Source: the human T2T-CHM13v2.0 reference genome, Homo sapiens. From it: a DNA stretch of 64,000 nt. The number at the start of each line of letters is the position of its first letter. Within the stretch, counting starts at the first letter, position 1. The stretch is taken from NCBI RefSeq assembly GCF_009914755.1, contig NC_060940.1, one strand, 5' to 3'. Below the pieces are notes generated by a model that did no database searches, was not told the DNA's origin, and saw only the letters and a program-made list of their open reading frames with translations. Positions 41,550-54,910 of the stretch are shown here, piece by piece. The position numbers were made by a program, and so were the translations under genes.

Positions 41550-42124
41550 GCAACTAATTTAAACCCACTGAACCAGGGAACTCGGGCAGCAGATGTGTTT
41601 ATATGCAGGATACTAAATAGATATTTTAACTAAGTGGAACATTTCTTGCTTCAATTAATGCAAAAGGTAGCAACTCAAAGGAAATATTAGGAGCATTAAG
41701 TTTTATATTGGTGCCATTTATTATATATGATATTTAACACGTTTAATCACTTTATTTCTGTGTTGACACCTACTGAAAGAAAAAAAGAGAGTTCCTCATC
41801 GTGATTGTGAGCCAAATATTTCTGTCAAACTGAGACAGAGTACCATTAACCCCTGAGTTGTCATAGTCTCTTGAGGAAATAGTGAGGATTTTATTAGCTT
41901 TATTAATGGTAATCAGGAAGATTAAGTTAGTGATTAGCAAAGAATATACTTCAAATTTCTTGGAAAAGGTGAATGAAGTAGAAGGGAATTAATATTTATG
42001 GAGCACCAAGTGGGCACTAGGAATGTGCTGGGCTATCTACATGCAGAATTAAATCTCCAGGCAATCTCATGAGACTGGCTAAAATTATGTCCATTATGCA
42101 GATTAGAAAATGGCAAGGTTTGGG

Positions 42125-42482
<358 letters not shown>

Positions 42483-43159
42483 CTAAGTCCTAGGGCTTTG
42501 TAGTTGAATACTCTGACACATTCCCTGTCCTCATGGAGTTTGTATTCTGGTGGACAAACGAGATATTTATGACTACCCTTTGATTATGATTCGTATGATT
42601 ATGACAGTGAGATCAATGTTAGGACAAGGGAGGAATGGAAGTTATTCGGAAACTTGGAAAAGATGAAACCGATTTAGACCTTAGGGTGAGAAAGAGGACT
42701 TCCTAGAGAAATTGATGTTCTAAGCTGAGACATGGATGATGTCCAGCAATTAGCCAGGTAAATGGGAGAGATGGAAGAGTATTCCAGGTAGAGGAAACAG
42801 TATATATCATGGTACAGAGGTAGAGGAAAGCCACTAACTTCCCAAGGATGTTGTGTCTAAGATATGACAAAGCTAATATTTGCATCCAGGCTTATCAGAC
42901 TCTTTGTACTGAAACCCAACACAGAAGAGTATCTTTGACCTTCTTCTGCACATATTCAAAATATACAGTCTTCAAAGGAAATGCCCAAATGGTTTGAGGT
43001 ATGCTGGGAGCTCCCAGCAAGGGCTGTCCGGGTCTTCTGACAGTGCCACCTGTGGGTGCCACGTTGAAGGCAAAGCCCCTTGGCGAAACTTTGAGGCTAA
43101 GGGTGAAAAGCATTGTTGGCTTTCTCCAGGGCTCACTTGAATAGGGATATAAGGCTTCA

Positions 43160-43730
43160 AGTTTGTGTCTCAGTTTATAAATTCGAGGCTGTGAGGAAAA
43201 AATAACCCCAAGCCACACTTGCTCCAGCACTTGTATGGTGCAGGGAGTAATTTTGCTCCAGCTTTGGCTTGATTGAGGGTGAAGCGATGCCAGATGCCAC
43301 CAGGACATGATTGTTCTTTCCTCTGTGCACAGCTCTGCCTTGCTTGCGTTAGGGGGCCCATTCTTAGGCAGGGTCTCTGCTTCATAGTGGACTGCCACCA
43401 TTGTGAAACTGCCTCCTTTCAGTTTGGGTCCAGCTGGATGGATGTGGGATGGAGAGGGATGGGGTGAGAATCTAATTGGGAGTTCAGACCAAAGCCCCAC
43501 AATCTAGAACTGCTGACTCTGACTGGCAGGCTTGGGTCATCTGCTCACCCAGGATTCTATCACAATCATTGCTGTCATGGAATGCCATAAGCTGAGGGGT
43601 TGAGTCTGGGTTCTGTGCTCCACCCCAGAGCTGGGGATGAGGTGTTATTCAGGGTTTCTGGGCTGAGAGTATAGTAGGGGTTGATTTCCAAGGAGAAATG
43701 GAACTACTAGTGAAATAATGTGGAGTGGAC
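43160..43730 (-). mobile_element. Old MaLR LTR (MLT1K/L-like)
   Basis: ctctgactggcaggcttgggtcatctgctcaccc motif typical of the group. Confidence 0.45.
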
Positions 43731-43899
43731 CCTGTGCTCCATCTAGCTTTTACTTCACATCCAAAGATACCAGTCCTGTCTTGAAATTCCTATGACCCTC
43801 AGAGAAAGCACTGGACTTTGGAGGTGCGGAAGTGTGACAGCTGTGGGGCATCCCTAGTTCTTTTTAGAAGAGGTGTAGGGGAAAGCAGGTAAGCTTTGG

Positions 43900-44110
43900 G
43901 AACCAAAAGACTGGAATTCCTATCTAAGCTCCACTTTTACTTACTGTGAGACCTGGGACTTGTCATTTAACCACTCTGGGACTCAGCTTCCTTGTTTACA
44001 AAATGGGAATGTTAATACCAAGCTCATACTATGATTATTAGGATCCAATGAGATACTAGATATAAAACACCTAGCACTTGGCACATGCTATGCACTCGAT
44101 AAATGTCAGG
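43900..44110 (+). mobile_element. MIR SINE
   Basis: actcagcttccttgtttacaaaatgggaatgttaatacc. Confidence 0.8.
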
Positions 44111-44144
44111 AGTGGGTTGCTGACTGACAACCTGGAATCTCTCT

Positions 44145-44330
44145 TGTCTTAGTCAACTCAGGCTGCTATAACCAAATACTGTAAACTAAGTGGCTTAAAT
44201 AGGAGCCATTTATTTCTCACAGCTGTAGAGACTGGGAAGTCCAAGATCAAGGTGCTGGCAGATTCAGTTCTTGGTGAGGGTCCATCTTTCTGGTTTGCAG
44301 ACTGCTTCCATCTTGCCTATGCTCACATAA

Positions 44331-44386
<56 letters not shown>

Positions 44387-44584
44387 TGGAGAGAGAGAGA
44401 GAGAGAGAATCTGTCTTCCCCTTCTTAGAAGAACACTTATCCCATCATGGGTAACCATCCCTCATGACCTTATCTAAATCTAATTACCTCCCAAAGGCTC
44501 CATCTCCAAATACCATCACATTTGGGGGCTAGGGCTTCAAATTTGAATCATGGGGAGACAGGCACAAATATTCAGTCCATAACA
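44145..44584 (-). mobile_element. MLT1A/A0 MaLR solo LTR with internal (GT)n(GA)n microsatellite
   Basis: tgtcttagtc...gggaagtccaagatcaaggtgctggcagattc...ttcagtccataaca. Confidence 0.85.
44335..44408. repeat. (GT)~25 followed by (GA)~10 microsatellite
   Basis: Read directly from the sequence. Confidence 0.97.
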
Positions 44585-45599
44585 TCCCCATTGCTCTTAG
44601 TACCTTATTTTATTTAACTCTCTCAGCTTTATAATACGTTTTTCTTTTCCTTACTATTTGCTTCTCACACTTTTATTTTTATTTTGTTCTGTATAGTCTT
44701 GTTTGGTATTTTTAATCCTTTAGATTTATTTTTTCTATCTGATAATAACTTATTTATTCTCTTTATTTTCCCATTTCATCTTATTTATATTGGCTACATT
44801 TCCTACCATTTCATACAGTACTGTAAAGAGCACATAATATATACTGTTTATTTATGAGTCACCATTTTTATCTTTCCCATACTGCCTTTTGGCTAATTTT
44901 TGATATTGGTAAATGCAATTAACTTGATCCCACTTATTTATTTTTTAAGAAGTATTTATGTCTTTAAATATGTTATTTGTTTTTAATGCTGAGTCTAAAG
45001 GCTCACCTTTTATATGTTGTTAATAAAGGCACAGAAAATCTAAACTGTACCAAAATACCTTGGCAACATTTAATAATACTATATTATGCCCTTTGTAACT
45101 AAAAAAAATATATAAGTACTTTAGCAGCCACAATCTCATTTGTATCTCACGAAAGCTCTTCTATCTCTCAAGAGTAAGAGAAAGAAAGCTCAGAGAATTA
45201 TGCTTTCTTGCCTGAAAACATGCAGCTGAATGGTGGAACCAGAACTGTCTTTCTGCTCTTTTAACTCCGATGGATTTTTCTTTTCACTTCAATATGTCAA
45301 TTTCCCTGAATACCATGTACCTACTGAATAAAACCAAATCCCTGGGAACTGGATTTCTTTTTTTTCCCAATACAATTTAAAACTTATTTCCATCAATGTC
45401 CCCAGCATGTTCTTCCCTAATCCCATTCATGAAAGACATAAAGTTCATAGCAGGCTGAGAATGTGTCAGGAATCACAGCAGGTTCTTTTGTGAATTGTAC
45501 TATTCCTCTGGCTGATAAATGGTCGTTTTCCAGAAAGTATGGCCTTCATCTTGGCTTTATCACTTCTTATCTCTGTGAAACATTAATCAAGATGTTTCC

Positions 45600-46097
45600 T
45601 GTGCAGAGGGTAGCAGCCCAACATGAAGTGATTTAAGTAAATAAGAGAATGTATTGGTCCATATATCTGCAAATTCCAAAGGTAGCATTTGCTGCAGGTA
45701 TGGCTGTATCTAGGGACTCAACCTATGCAGTTAAGATTCTGTCTCTTGTCCCAGCTCTTGGTTATGCTTTTTATCTATTCTGCGTAATTCTCAGGTTGGC
45801 TCTGTGCACAAGATGGCCTCTGGCAGCCCTAGGCTTCCAGGTTAGCTAACAAGTGGAAAAACATTGGTTTCCCAACAATTCCACTGAAAACTTAAAATGG
45901 ACTGTACTAGGAGCAACCAGAGTTTCATGCCTATCCCTGAACCAACCAGGAGATGAAACAGTGATTGGTTGTGTCTCAATCGTGTGCCCATCCTGAATGC
46001 ACAAGAACTGTGAATGGGGGTGGAGTGGTTTCCCAAGATGAAATCTGAGTGTGGAAGGTAAAGAACAGGCAGGAAAATGCATCAGGATACCTACTAC
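45600..46097 (-). mobile_element. Old MaLR LTR (MLT1K/L-like)
   Basis: Ends cctactaca; resembles the copies at 47770 and 50480. Confidence 0.5.
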
Positions 46098-46749
46098 AGT
46101 GATCTTGAGGAAGTTATTTAGCCTTGCTGAACCTTAGTCTCCTCATTTGTAAGGGAGAAATAAAAACACATACTTACTCTGGTTGTCTTTTAGAAGAGAT
46201 GTTGAAAATACTTTGCACATAGTAGGTGAACAATAAATGTGAGTTATTATCCCTGTCTTTCTCTGATGCTTTCACTTCCATTTCCTCCAAACTCTACCAG
46301 GGCTGTGTATTGGAACAGCGATTGTGTGTCACCTTGCTAAGAAGTACATTTGCTTCAGTTATTTTGTTCTTCCTCCTTGAAAAAAAAAAAAAAAAGATAG
46401 CATTTGTAGATAAGATGGACCAGGAGATAATCAGTACAAATAATAATACAGGAAATTCTTTCCTTGGCTTAGAACTAGCAAAGAAACGATGAGAGACCAG
46501 ATAAGATTTGGGACCAAAGCACCTTCTAATTGTTGGTTGTAGCAATTCTCTGCAGGCATTGGTGGTGACAGCCCTATACCTGATATCTTCTTAGACTCAA
46601 AGAAGTATCCGCCATTTGTTAAATGTGATTTCTATGTACCCTTCCTCCTCCACCAGAGGGCCAGGGTAAAACTGAGGACAAGTTAGATTGCTAGGAGAAA
46701 AGTTTAGAGCTTTTGGGTATTTTGCATACTTTACATATCTAGACAAATG

Positions 46750-47700
46750 CATATAATTTTAAATTATAACCTAGGATTTTAACTGTCTCATTTTTCCTTT
46801 ACATTTAGATTTTAATCTGCCTGAAATTTAATATATAGTATAAGTTAATGGACTCCATTTTATTATTTTTTTACCAAATGATAGGCAATTGTGCCAGCAC
46901 CATTTATTAAATAAAACTATGCTCTAGTTACTGTCATTTTATTATATACACAATTGTCTTATATTATGCAACTTATCTCAAGGTTAATTTTCCCCCAATC
47001 TATTTATTCACTTGTATCGATGTCCACTGTTTTATGGTAATTTCATAGTATGTTTTAGTATCTGCCAAGGCAAGTCATTTTTCACTACTATTCTCTATTT
47101 GGCTATTTGGGGAAACTTATTCTTTTACATTAAAATTGGCATTATTTTATAAAATTAACAAAAATTTGGGATCCTATTTAAAATTACATTCCATTAATAT
47201 AATTTTGATGCAATTGATATTTTAAGCCATTAAATTATCCCATACATAGACATAATAGATCTTCCATTTATTGATATCTTGGTTGGTACTGTTAACACAG
47301 TTTTATAGGTTTCTTTATATAAGTCCCATGTCTTTGTGGTTTAATGCATTTTAAGTATTTTTAGCTTTTATCATGTTTATGAATAAAATATTTCTTTTCC
47401 TTTTCTAGCTAGTGAGTGCTTGATTTAAAAAATATATTGATTTTTGTACATTTATCTCACATCCAGACACTTTGTCAAAATAAAATGGGTTTTAACTGGA
47501 GCCTCTTGTACTTTCTAGATTTACAATAATATCAGCAAAGAGAAAAAAGTTTTCTCCTTTTCTTGTCTTATTGTATTTTATAAAACTTCCAGAAAAATGC
47601 AAAATAATACCATTGATGCAGGTCAACCTTTGCTTTGTTTCTGATTTCAATGAAATGATGTTTAAGAGTTTAAAGAGAGCTGTCAGGATCCCCATGTGTC
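46750..47700 (-). mobile_element. Ancient L1M (L1ME-like) ORF2 fragment
   Basis: caattgtgccagcaccatttattaaata; T-rich decayed L1 antisense sequence. Confidence 0.65.
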
Positions 47701-47769
47701 ATTTTAATTTCAAAATCAACAGTTCTTTTAATCATTTTTCATACAGCATGTTTTTGATACTGAATTAGG

Positions 47770-48268
47770 TAGAAATCTTTTCGTGGGCAAATGGCAGAAA
47801 CTGAACTCAAATGAGTTAAAGAGCATTTATAGATTCACGTAACTGAAAAGTTCAGACTGACTTCAGGAAAGACTGAACCAAGGCTCTCATTCAATGGCAT
47901 CAACAACCTATATCTCTTCATCTCTTAATTGTGATAATTTTTCACTGGCTTCATGGTCATGATGTCCCTAGTAACCCTAGATTTACCATCTATCAACTCA
48001 GCAACCTCAGCAGAAAGTGTTTCTATTCCCAATAGTTCCAACTGAAGTCCTAACTTGATTTGGTGATCATGAACCTAAAATCAAATTAGTCAACTTTTCC
48101 CAGGAGGATTAAAGACTGTGATTGGACCTTCCTGGATCAAGTGCCCCATGCTCTGGCTGATTTTGAGACCCAAGATGGGCTTAGAATGGGGAGTAATTGC
48201 TCCCTTAAGGATAAATAAATTATTCCCTAAAGAATAGGGATAGGCAAAAGAGCAGAATCCACCAAGTG
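47770..48268 (-). mobile_element. Old MaLR LTR (MLT1K/L-like)
   Basis: ggcagaaactgaactcaaa...cacgtaactgaaaagttcag...tgtgattggacc. Confidence 0.5.
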
Positions 48269-48284
48269 GCTCTTCATTATCCTA

Positions 48285-48677
<393 letters not shown>

Positions 48678-49056
48678 TTATAAAACTGAGCACTGTATCA
48701 AAGTACATTTGGATACGGTAGTGCAGAGAGAGATTATCATCTTAATTCTAGATAGTATACTTCTGTTACTAAGGATTGCTTCACATTTTTGCTAACCACA
48801 TCACACTTTGGAGTCATATTGAGTTAGTCGTTGAATAGCTGTTATCACAGGTGTGACTGCTTTCCTGGCCTTAACTATGAAACTTTAGTGCTATATTTAG
48901 GTATTTTTAGAATTAGCTCCATCATTGCAGATTATCAGAGTATTTTCCATTCTTGATCTTGTCATTTATTTCTTTTTTCACTTTTCCCAGGCTTATGACA
49001 TTTGATGAAGATTTTATCTGTGTATTCATACTTCTAAGACTTGCCAAAAAATTCTC

Positions 49057-49205
49057 ACTTCCTGGGATGAATTTTCCTCTTTTCTGCATTTGATGAATTC
49101 ATAGTCAAAATTTGAGAACTAGCAAAAAATCCTTACTTCCTGGGATGAATTTTCCTCTTTTCTGCATTTGATGAATTCATAGTCAAAATTTGAGAACTAG
49201 CAAAA
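49057..49205. repeat. Tandem duplication, 71 bp identical, period 78
   Basis: 49057-49127 equals 49135-49205; spacer aatcctt. Confidence 0.97.
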
Positions 49206-50122
49206 TGTCCCTGTTAAAGTGTCCATATAAGTTTTTAATATTTCTCTCTGAGCAATTATTATGCTGTGCTTTGAAAGAATGCCATATAACAGGTTAAATG
49301 ACATAAGCATTTTCTGTTCCTGAAAGGTTTGATAGAATTCACTTCTGAAGCTTTCTGAGAAGGTATGTTTTTTTAAGTTTTAAAATCCTTTCTCATTTTT
49401 TTGTAATAAATAATGTATTTAGACTGTAAAATATCTCTTCTTCTGTCAGTTCTGATTATTTATATTTTTACTAGCTAATTCATTTCGTCTAGAGTTTTAT
49501 ATTAATTTACATAAAATTGAGCAGTATTCTTAGAACCTATGCAAAAGGTGTAGGTTCACCTTAGGCAGGTGAGGCAGGTTGTACACTAATTCTAAAGGAC
49601 ACCATTTATATTTGTAGTGATTTTGTACATGGTAGTACTAATTTCATCATTGTATTTTTTAGCATTTGGCAGTAAAATGACTTGAGAATGGGGTGGGTTT
49701 TTCTTCACTGCACATGGTGCTGCTAGGGTTAGCTGTGGGATTGCTTCTGCATCTGAGATTATTTCTCCATTTTCATTTCAATGTTACACATTTGAATTTT
49801 GCTCTTCTTTTCTTGATTAGATGCGCAGATGTTTTTTCAGAAAATATAACCATCTATGTGTGGGATTGTACTGATCACTTCAGCCACTTTTTTTCTATTC
49901 CGTAATCTAGTAATTTTTGTTTTTATCTTTGTAAATTGCCATGTATCTTGTTCTTTTTTGTAGGTCCTCAAGTTAAACATAATTTATTTATTTTCCTTTA
50001 TGTAATTTAAAATCCATAATATTTAGAACTATGAGTTTTCCTCTGAGGACTACTTTAGACACATACTATGGGTTCTCAAAAATTCACATTGTACTTTCTA
50101 TTTAAAGTACAATTTAAATAAT

Positions 50123-50291
50123 TATATATGTATATTTTATATATATATTTATATATATTATATATATTTTATATATATTATATGTATATTTTATATATAT
50201 ATTTATATATTATATATATTTTATATATATTATATATATATTATATATTTTATATATATTATATATATATATTTTATATATATATATATAT
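50123..50291. repeat. (TA)n-type AT-rich low-complexity repeat
   Basis: About 170 bp almost entirely A/T. Confidence 0.95.
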
Positions 50292-50479
50292 CTGTTTTTC
50301 TGTTAGACCACTCATGAGCAAGGTTTAATGGTCTGTACTGCAATGTATGAGTTTAGAATCCAAGAAATGTTTATCTATTCTGTAGATAAATGTGTACATG
50401 TTGAAAAGTAATTATCTGTATTATTGCCCAATCTGTTATCATGCTGAGCCTTCAGCAACACAGATCAGTATAAAAGAGA

Positions 50480-51010
50480 TGAAAGTTAAGCTCTTGCAAT
50501 TTGTGATACGTAGACACTCCATTTTAGCTTAAGTAACAGAAGAATTTACCAGCTTATGCAACTAAGAAGCCCTGAACAATGAAGGCTTCAGGCATGGCTG
50601 GAATCAGGTGCTTAAATGACATCATCACCTATCTCTTCCTCTCTTTCTCTCTGTCACATACACTTCAAATTATAGCTAGATTTTTCCACATTCTCAAAAT
50701 GATCTCTCTACTTTTTGACAAAATGCCCTTCCTCCACAGATTCAAATATATATGCTCTTCATAATTAACAGAGCTCAAAGAAAAGTGATATATCTTGAGA
50801 GGACCAAAGAAAGTCCAGGATGGCCAAACTTGGAATACGTATGTATCCTTGATTGCATTTCTGTGACTAAGGAGACAAAGGACTTGTATTGGCCAGCCCT
50901 GGTCCTTAATGATATCCGTGGAACCAGAGAAGTGGGATCTGCTCCATGCAAGCCACTAGGATTGAGTAGCATTAGTAAGGAAGGGAGAAAGGTATGTCCT
51001 TCATAGGAAT
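50480..51010 (-). mobile_element. Old MaLR LTR (MLT1K/L-like)
   Basis: ggcttcaggcatggctggaatcaggtgcttaaatgacatcatc. Confidence 0.55.
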
Positions 51011-51199
51011 GGTTATTGGACAGGTAAACAGCTTTTACAGAGGCTGGTCCCTGGGAGGTCAGACAGTCAAGGTTCAATGAGGAATATCAAAAGGCGAGTG
51101 TGTACTCTAGGAAGAGTCAAAATTTAAGGGCATTGAATGCCACATTGTAAATATGTGAACTTCATAAATGTCTTACTCTGAGAAGGACAGGGTATTGCT

Positions 51200-51880
51200 T
51201 ATGTGGTATTCCTTCCACTGGGTAACCATTAATTTGAATCTAATCGTGAGAAAACATCAGATGAACCCCAGCTGGGGAAAGTTTTGTTTTTAAAAAAAAT
51301 TACTGTATTTTTCAAAAATGTCAAAGTCATAAAAGATAAAGAAAGATTGTGGAAATGTTCCAGATTAAAGGAGACTGAAGAGGCATAGCAATGAAGTGCA
51401 ATCTCTGATTCTCAATGGATCCTGTACTAGAGGGGAAAAAAAGCAATAAAAGACATTATTTTATGTCAATTTTTATGACATAATTTTTATGACAAATTTA
51501 TGTCATATTTTAAGTCAATTTACAATATTGGAATTTGGACAGTAAATTAGACAAAAATTTGAATCAATATTAAATTCAACAAAGAGGATAACTACTGTGG
51601 TTATATAAAAGCATCTCATTCTTAGCAATACCTACAAGTATTTCGGGGTAAAAGGTCATGATATATGCAGTGTACTCTACAATGGCTCTGAAAAATAAAT
51701 GCATGCATGTCTATGTGAATATACATAAAGGGCAAATGATAAAGTATTTTGCTTTAATGAAATGCTAATAATAGGTAAATCTAGATAAAACATATACAGG
51801 GTTTTTTTTGTATTATGTTTATTCTTGCAACCTTTCTGTAAGTTTGAAATTATTTATGAATACAAAGTTTAAAAAATATT
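51200..51880 (+). mobile_element. L1MC/ME 3' UTR
   Basis: gttccagattaaaggagactgaagaggcat; attcttgcaacctttctgtaagtttgaaattattt. Confidence 0.75.
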
Positions 51881-52129
51881 TGGGTTTATCTTGTAGGCCA
51901 TAACAAGGTAATTGATGTTTTGATGTTTTTCAACAAGCTTGTGATAAATAATATGTTTTTAAGTCTGTTTTGAAAGACACTGCAATTAATATAAGTCGTC
52001 CCTGATTCAGAAAGAATTGAATTTATCCTGTTAGCAGAGATTTCACGTCATTCTTTCATTGGTTGTTTGAGGGCATTTTAAAGGAAAGTTGAGAAAGGGT
52101 TTCCTCAGTGCTTGCACCTACTGTAACAT

Positions 52130-52750
52130 TTTCTCCGAGGCTCTGAAGTTTCAGTGTCTTTTGAAGAAAGATCTCACTGGTTACAATGGAGAGGGCAGTT
52201 TGGGAGGGAGACAACCTGGAAGGGGGAAGAATATTTAGGGGGGTATTGCAATAGCTCAACCAAGAAATAATGAGGAGAAGAGAAGAAAGGATGTATCTGA
52301 GAGGTGTTTAAAGAGGGAGTTTTCAGGACTTGGTAACTAATTGAACATGAGGGCCAGGGCAAGGAAAATGAACAAGCCACGTTGTCTGCTTTAGAACCCT
52401 GAGTGGATGATAATGCCTTCTGTGAAAATAAAACATAGATACTATGAGGAGGAGGTGAATAGGGAACTCTGGAGAAACATGGAAGAGAATGAATTGTTTG
52501 GCCATTGATGGTTCTGTAGGATTTTCAGCTTCACATATCTGGCAGGAAATTGGAATTACAGAGATGGTATTCAGAAGAAGAGTCAAATCTCCCTATGAAA
52601 TCTGAGGATCATTTTTTATGGAGGTGGTCATTAATGTTTTGGGAATGGCTGGTATTACTCAGGAAATGTAAGGGCGTACAAAGAGAGGGATACTGACTTA
52701 AGATTGTGGGAACACTTTTTTTAATGGATTACCCCAGAGCACCTGAGACA
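52130..52750 (-). mobile_element. L2 fragment
   Basis: caggacttggtaactaattgaacatg...; degenerate L2 antisense body. Confidence 0.6.
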
Positions 52751-52931
52751 ATAGATATTCACAGTGGAAATATATGTCATGAGGCCAAGTGGGGCGTAGT
52801 TGGACCAAGTTCTAGTTTGTTTCTTATAGAGGAAATAAACCAGAAATAGTGGAAGAGGTTGACATTCAAATTCCTTGCTGACTGGAAATCTGACTAGCTG
52901 ACAAATCCAGATAAATGGTGGAAGGATGTGT

Positions 52932-53207
52932 CTATGATTGTGCCACTCATTCCAGCCTGGGTGGCGGAGCGAGACACTGCCAAATAGTAAAAAGAAAGAG
53001 AGAAAGAGAGAGAAAGGGAGGAAAGGGAAGAAAGAGAGAGAGGGAAAGAGAAAGAGATAGAGAAAAAAGAAGGAAGGAAGAAGGGAAGGAAGGAAGGGAG
53101 GGAGGGAGGGAGAGAGGGAAAGAGAGAAAGAAAGAAAGAGAGAGAAAAAGAAGGAAAGAAAGAAAGAAAAAGAAAGAAGGAAAGAAAGAAAAAAGAAAGA
53201 AAGAAAA
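52932..53207 (+). repeat. Alu 3' stub with expanded GA-rich (polypurine) tail
   Basis: tgccactcattccagcctgggtggcggagcgagac, then about 220 bp of almost pure A/G. Confidence 0.85.
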
Positions 53208-53569
53208 TGTAGATTTTAGAAAGAGCACAAAGTTTGAGTTATTCAATATTTGATATTTGTCATCCTCTCCAGAAGTTTCAAGAGAAAAAAACTTTAGCTT
53301 CCTAGATGCATTCTTACATTTTTTTTTTTTTTTTTGCCTGAAAACAAGTCACAGGAGAAGGGCTTGTAAAGGCACCAATTTCTGCCTTATCCTCAAATAG
53401 TTTTGACACGCTTGGCAGGTTCCCATCAGTAATGTTGGGTAGACAAGAAATAGATTGGTTAAATCTCTGTCAGATAGAAGGGATGGAAATCTAGCTCCAA
53501 TTGACTTGAATGAATATATTGGCTGACAGAACTAACAACCAGAGATTATATAACATAATGTTTCAACTT

Positions 53570-53770
53570 GCAGGTTGTAGAGCTAGACCTGAGTTAGAAT
53601 CCTGGTTTCACCACTTACTTAGCTTGTTCAGTTTTCTCATCAGTAAACAGAGATAATTATAATACCTACATCATAGGGCTGCAATGAGGGTTAATTGATT
53701 TAATTTAAGTAAATCTCTTAGAACAGGGTCTGACACATAGTCACTGCTCAAGAAGTGTTAGCTAATTTTC
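53570..53770 (+). mobile_element. MIR SINE
   Basis: agacctgagttagaatcctgg...aatacctacatcatagggctgc...gacacatagt. Confidence 0.8.
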
Positions 53771-54459
53771 TCCAGGGATAATGAGTTCCAGGGATGGTTG
53801 GATCCTGGTACTCGAGGAATGTCTATCACAAATCTGCCTCTCTCATATTTTGGACTGTCTTTCCTGTTGACTTTATTCTCAGGCAGTCTCTCCCCTGGGG
53901 AAAGATGACCACCAGAAACTGAAGACTTGGATGCCCCCAGTTTAGCAATCTTAGCAGGACTATGTCTTTTGCCTAATATTTGCAGCAAAAGTTCCAAGTG
54001 TGACTTTTGGCAGAACAACTAAGTTAAAGAGCTACCCCTGAACTGGCCACTATGGTCAGTGGATAAACTGGAGTGATCATTTTCCTGTTCTGAAGCCAAG
54101 AGTTGTGTTTGTTTCCATCTCTTTCGTGTTGGGGTGTTTCAGCATGGCACTTTGAGAAGGTGGGCTGGAGTCGGGGAAGTAGGAATTTCTTGGCAGTGCA
54201 GGGTGGGAAAAGTAGACTTCAACCAACACCATGCCATGTGCCTACCCCTGTGTGCTGGTGCCTGGTGCCTCCAAGTCCTGGGTCTTCCATGTTTCTTTGG
54301 AACAAATTTGCATTCCTCATTTTGGTGTCCATCACTGTGAGCTCCTAATCCCAATTTCTCCCATCCTGCCAAGTCCATTTCCTCACCTACTCTTGTCCCC
54401 TCTCTACTTCTGTTTGTTCATGTGTATTTCTACTGTTTGACATATATTTACAGTCGTTT

Positions 54460-54910
54460 CAGTGATCTTTTTGGAGGGAAAGGAGATAAATGCACGTGTT
54501 CATGCCACCTTGTAGTCCTAAGTCCCTGAAAAAGGTTTTCTTAAGGCAGTTGTTCTTGCCATCCTGACAAATAATATTCTCGAGTATAACAGATATCCAG
54601 CAGTAAGGGGTGTTGGATAAATAGAAAGTATTATGGATTGTATGCACTTCTCTCTCTGAGCAACAGGTACACTTTTTTTCTCTAACATTGATCTATAACA
54701 CACCAGAACCGTGTTTTAATAGCTGCTGATAAATGAACCTATTTTTAAGTACTCTACCAAGATGCTGTGGTAAGGTTAGCATTTGGTGGAGAGATTTACA
54801 AGGTTAAGATCATGTGTCCATCAAAGTGCAATCCTATCAATCAGAAATAAAGGTAAAAGGGCCCTCAAATGAAATCTACGGAAAAACATAACACAAGAAG
54901 CAGGCACTTA
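54460..54910. promoter_or_regulatory. Candidate conserved non-coding element / enhancer
   Basis: Repeat-free; TGATAA 54727, CTATTTTTAA 54739, CATCAAAG 54819, ATCAATCA 54836. Confidence 0.45.

Noticed and set aside
42895-43500. Longest ORF (201 aa, minus strand)
   Set aside because: Non-ATG start, half overlaps an old MaLR LTR, no recognisable domain or splice context.
52915-53253. Lys/Arg/Glu-rich and Phe/Ser/Leu-rich ORFs
   Set aside because: Artefacts of the GA-rich simple repeat.
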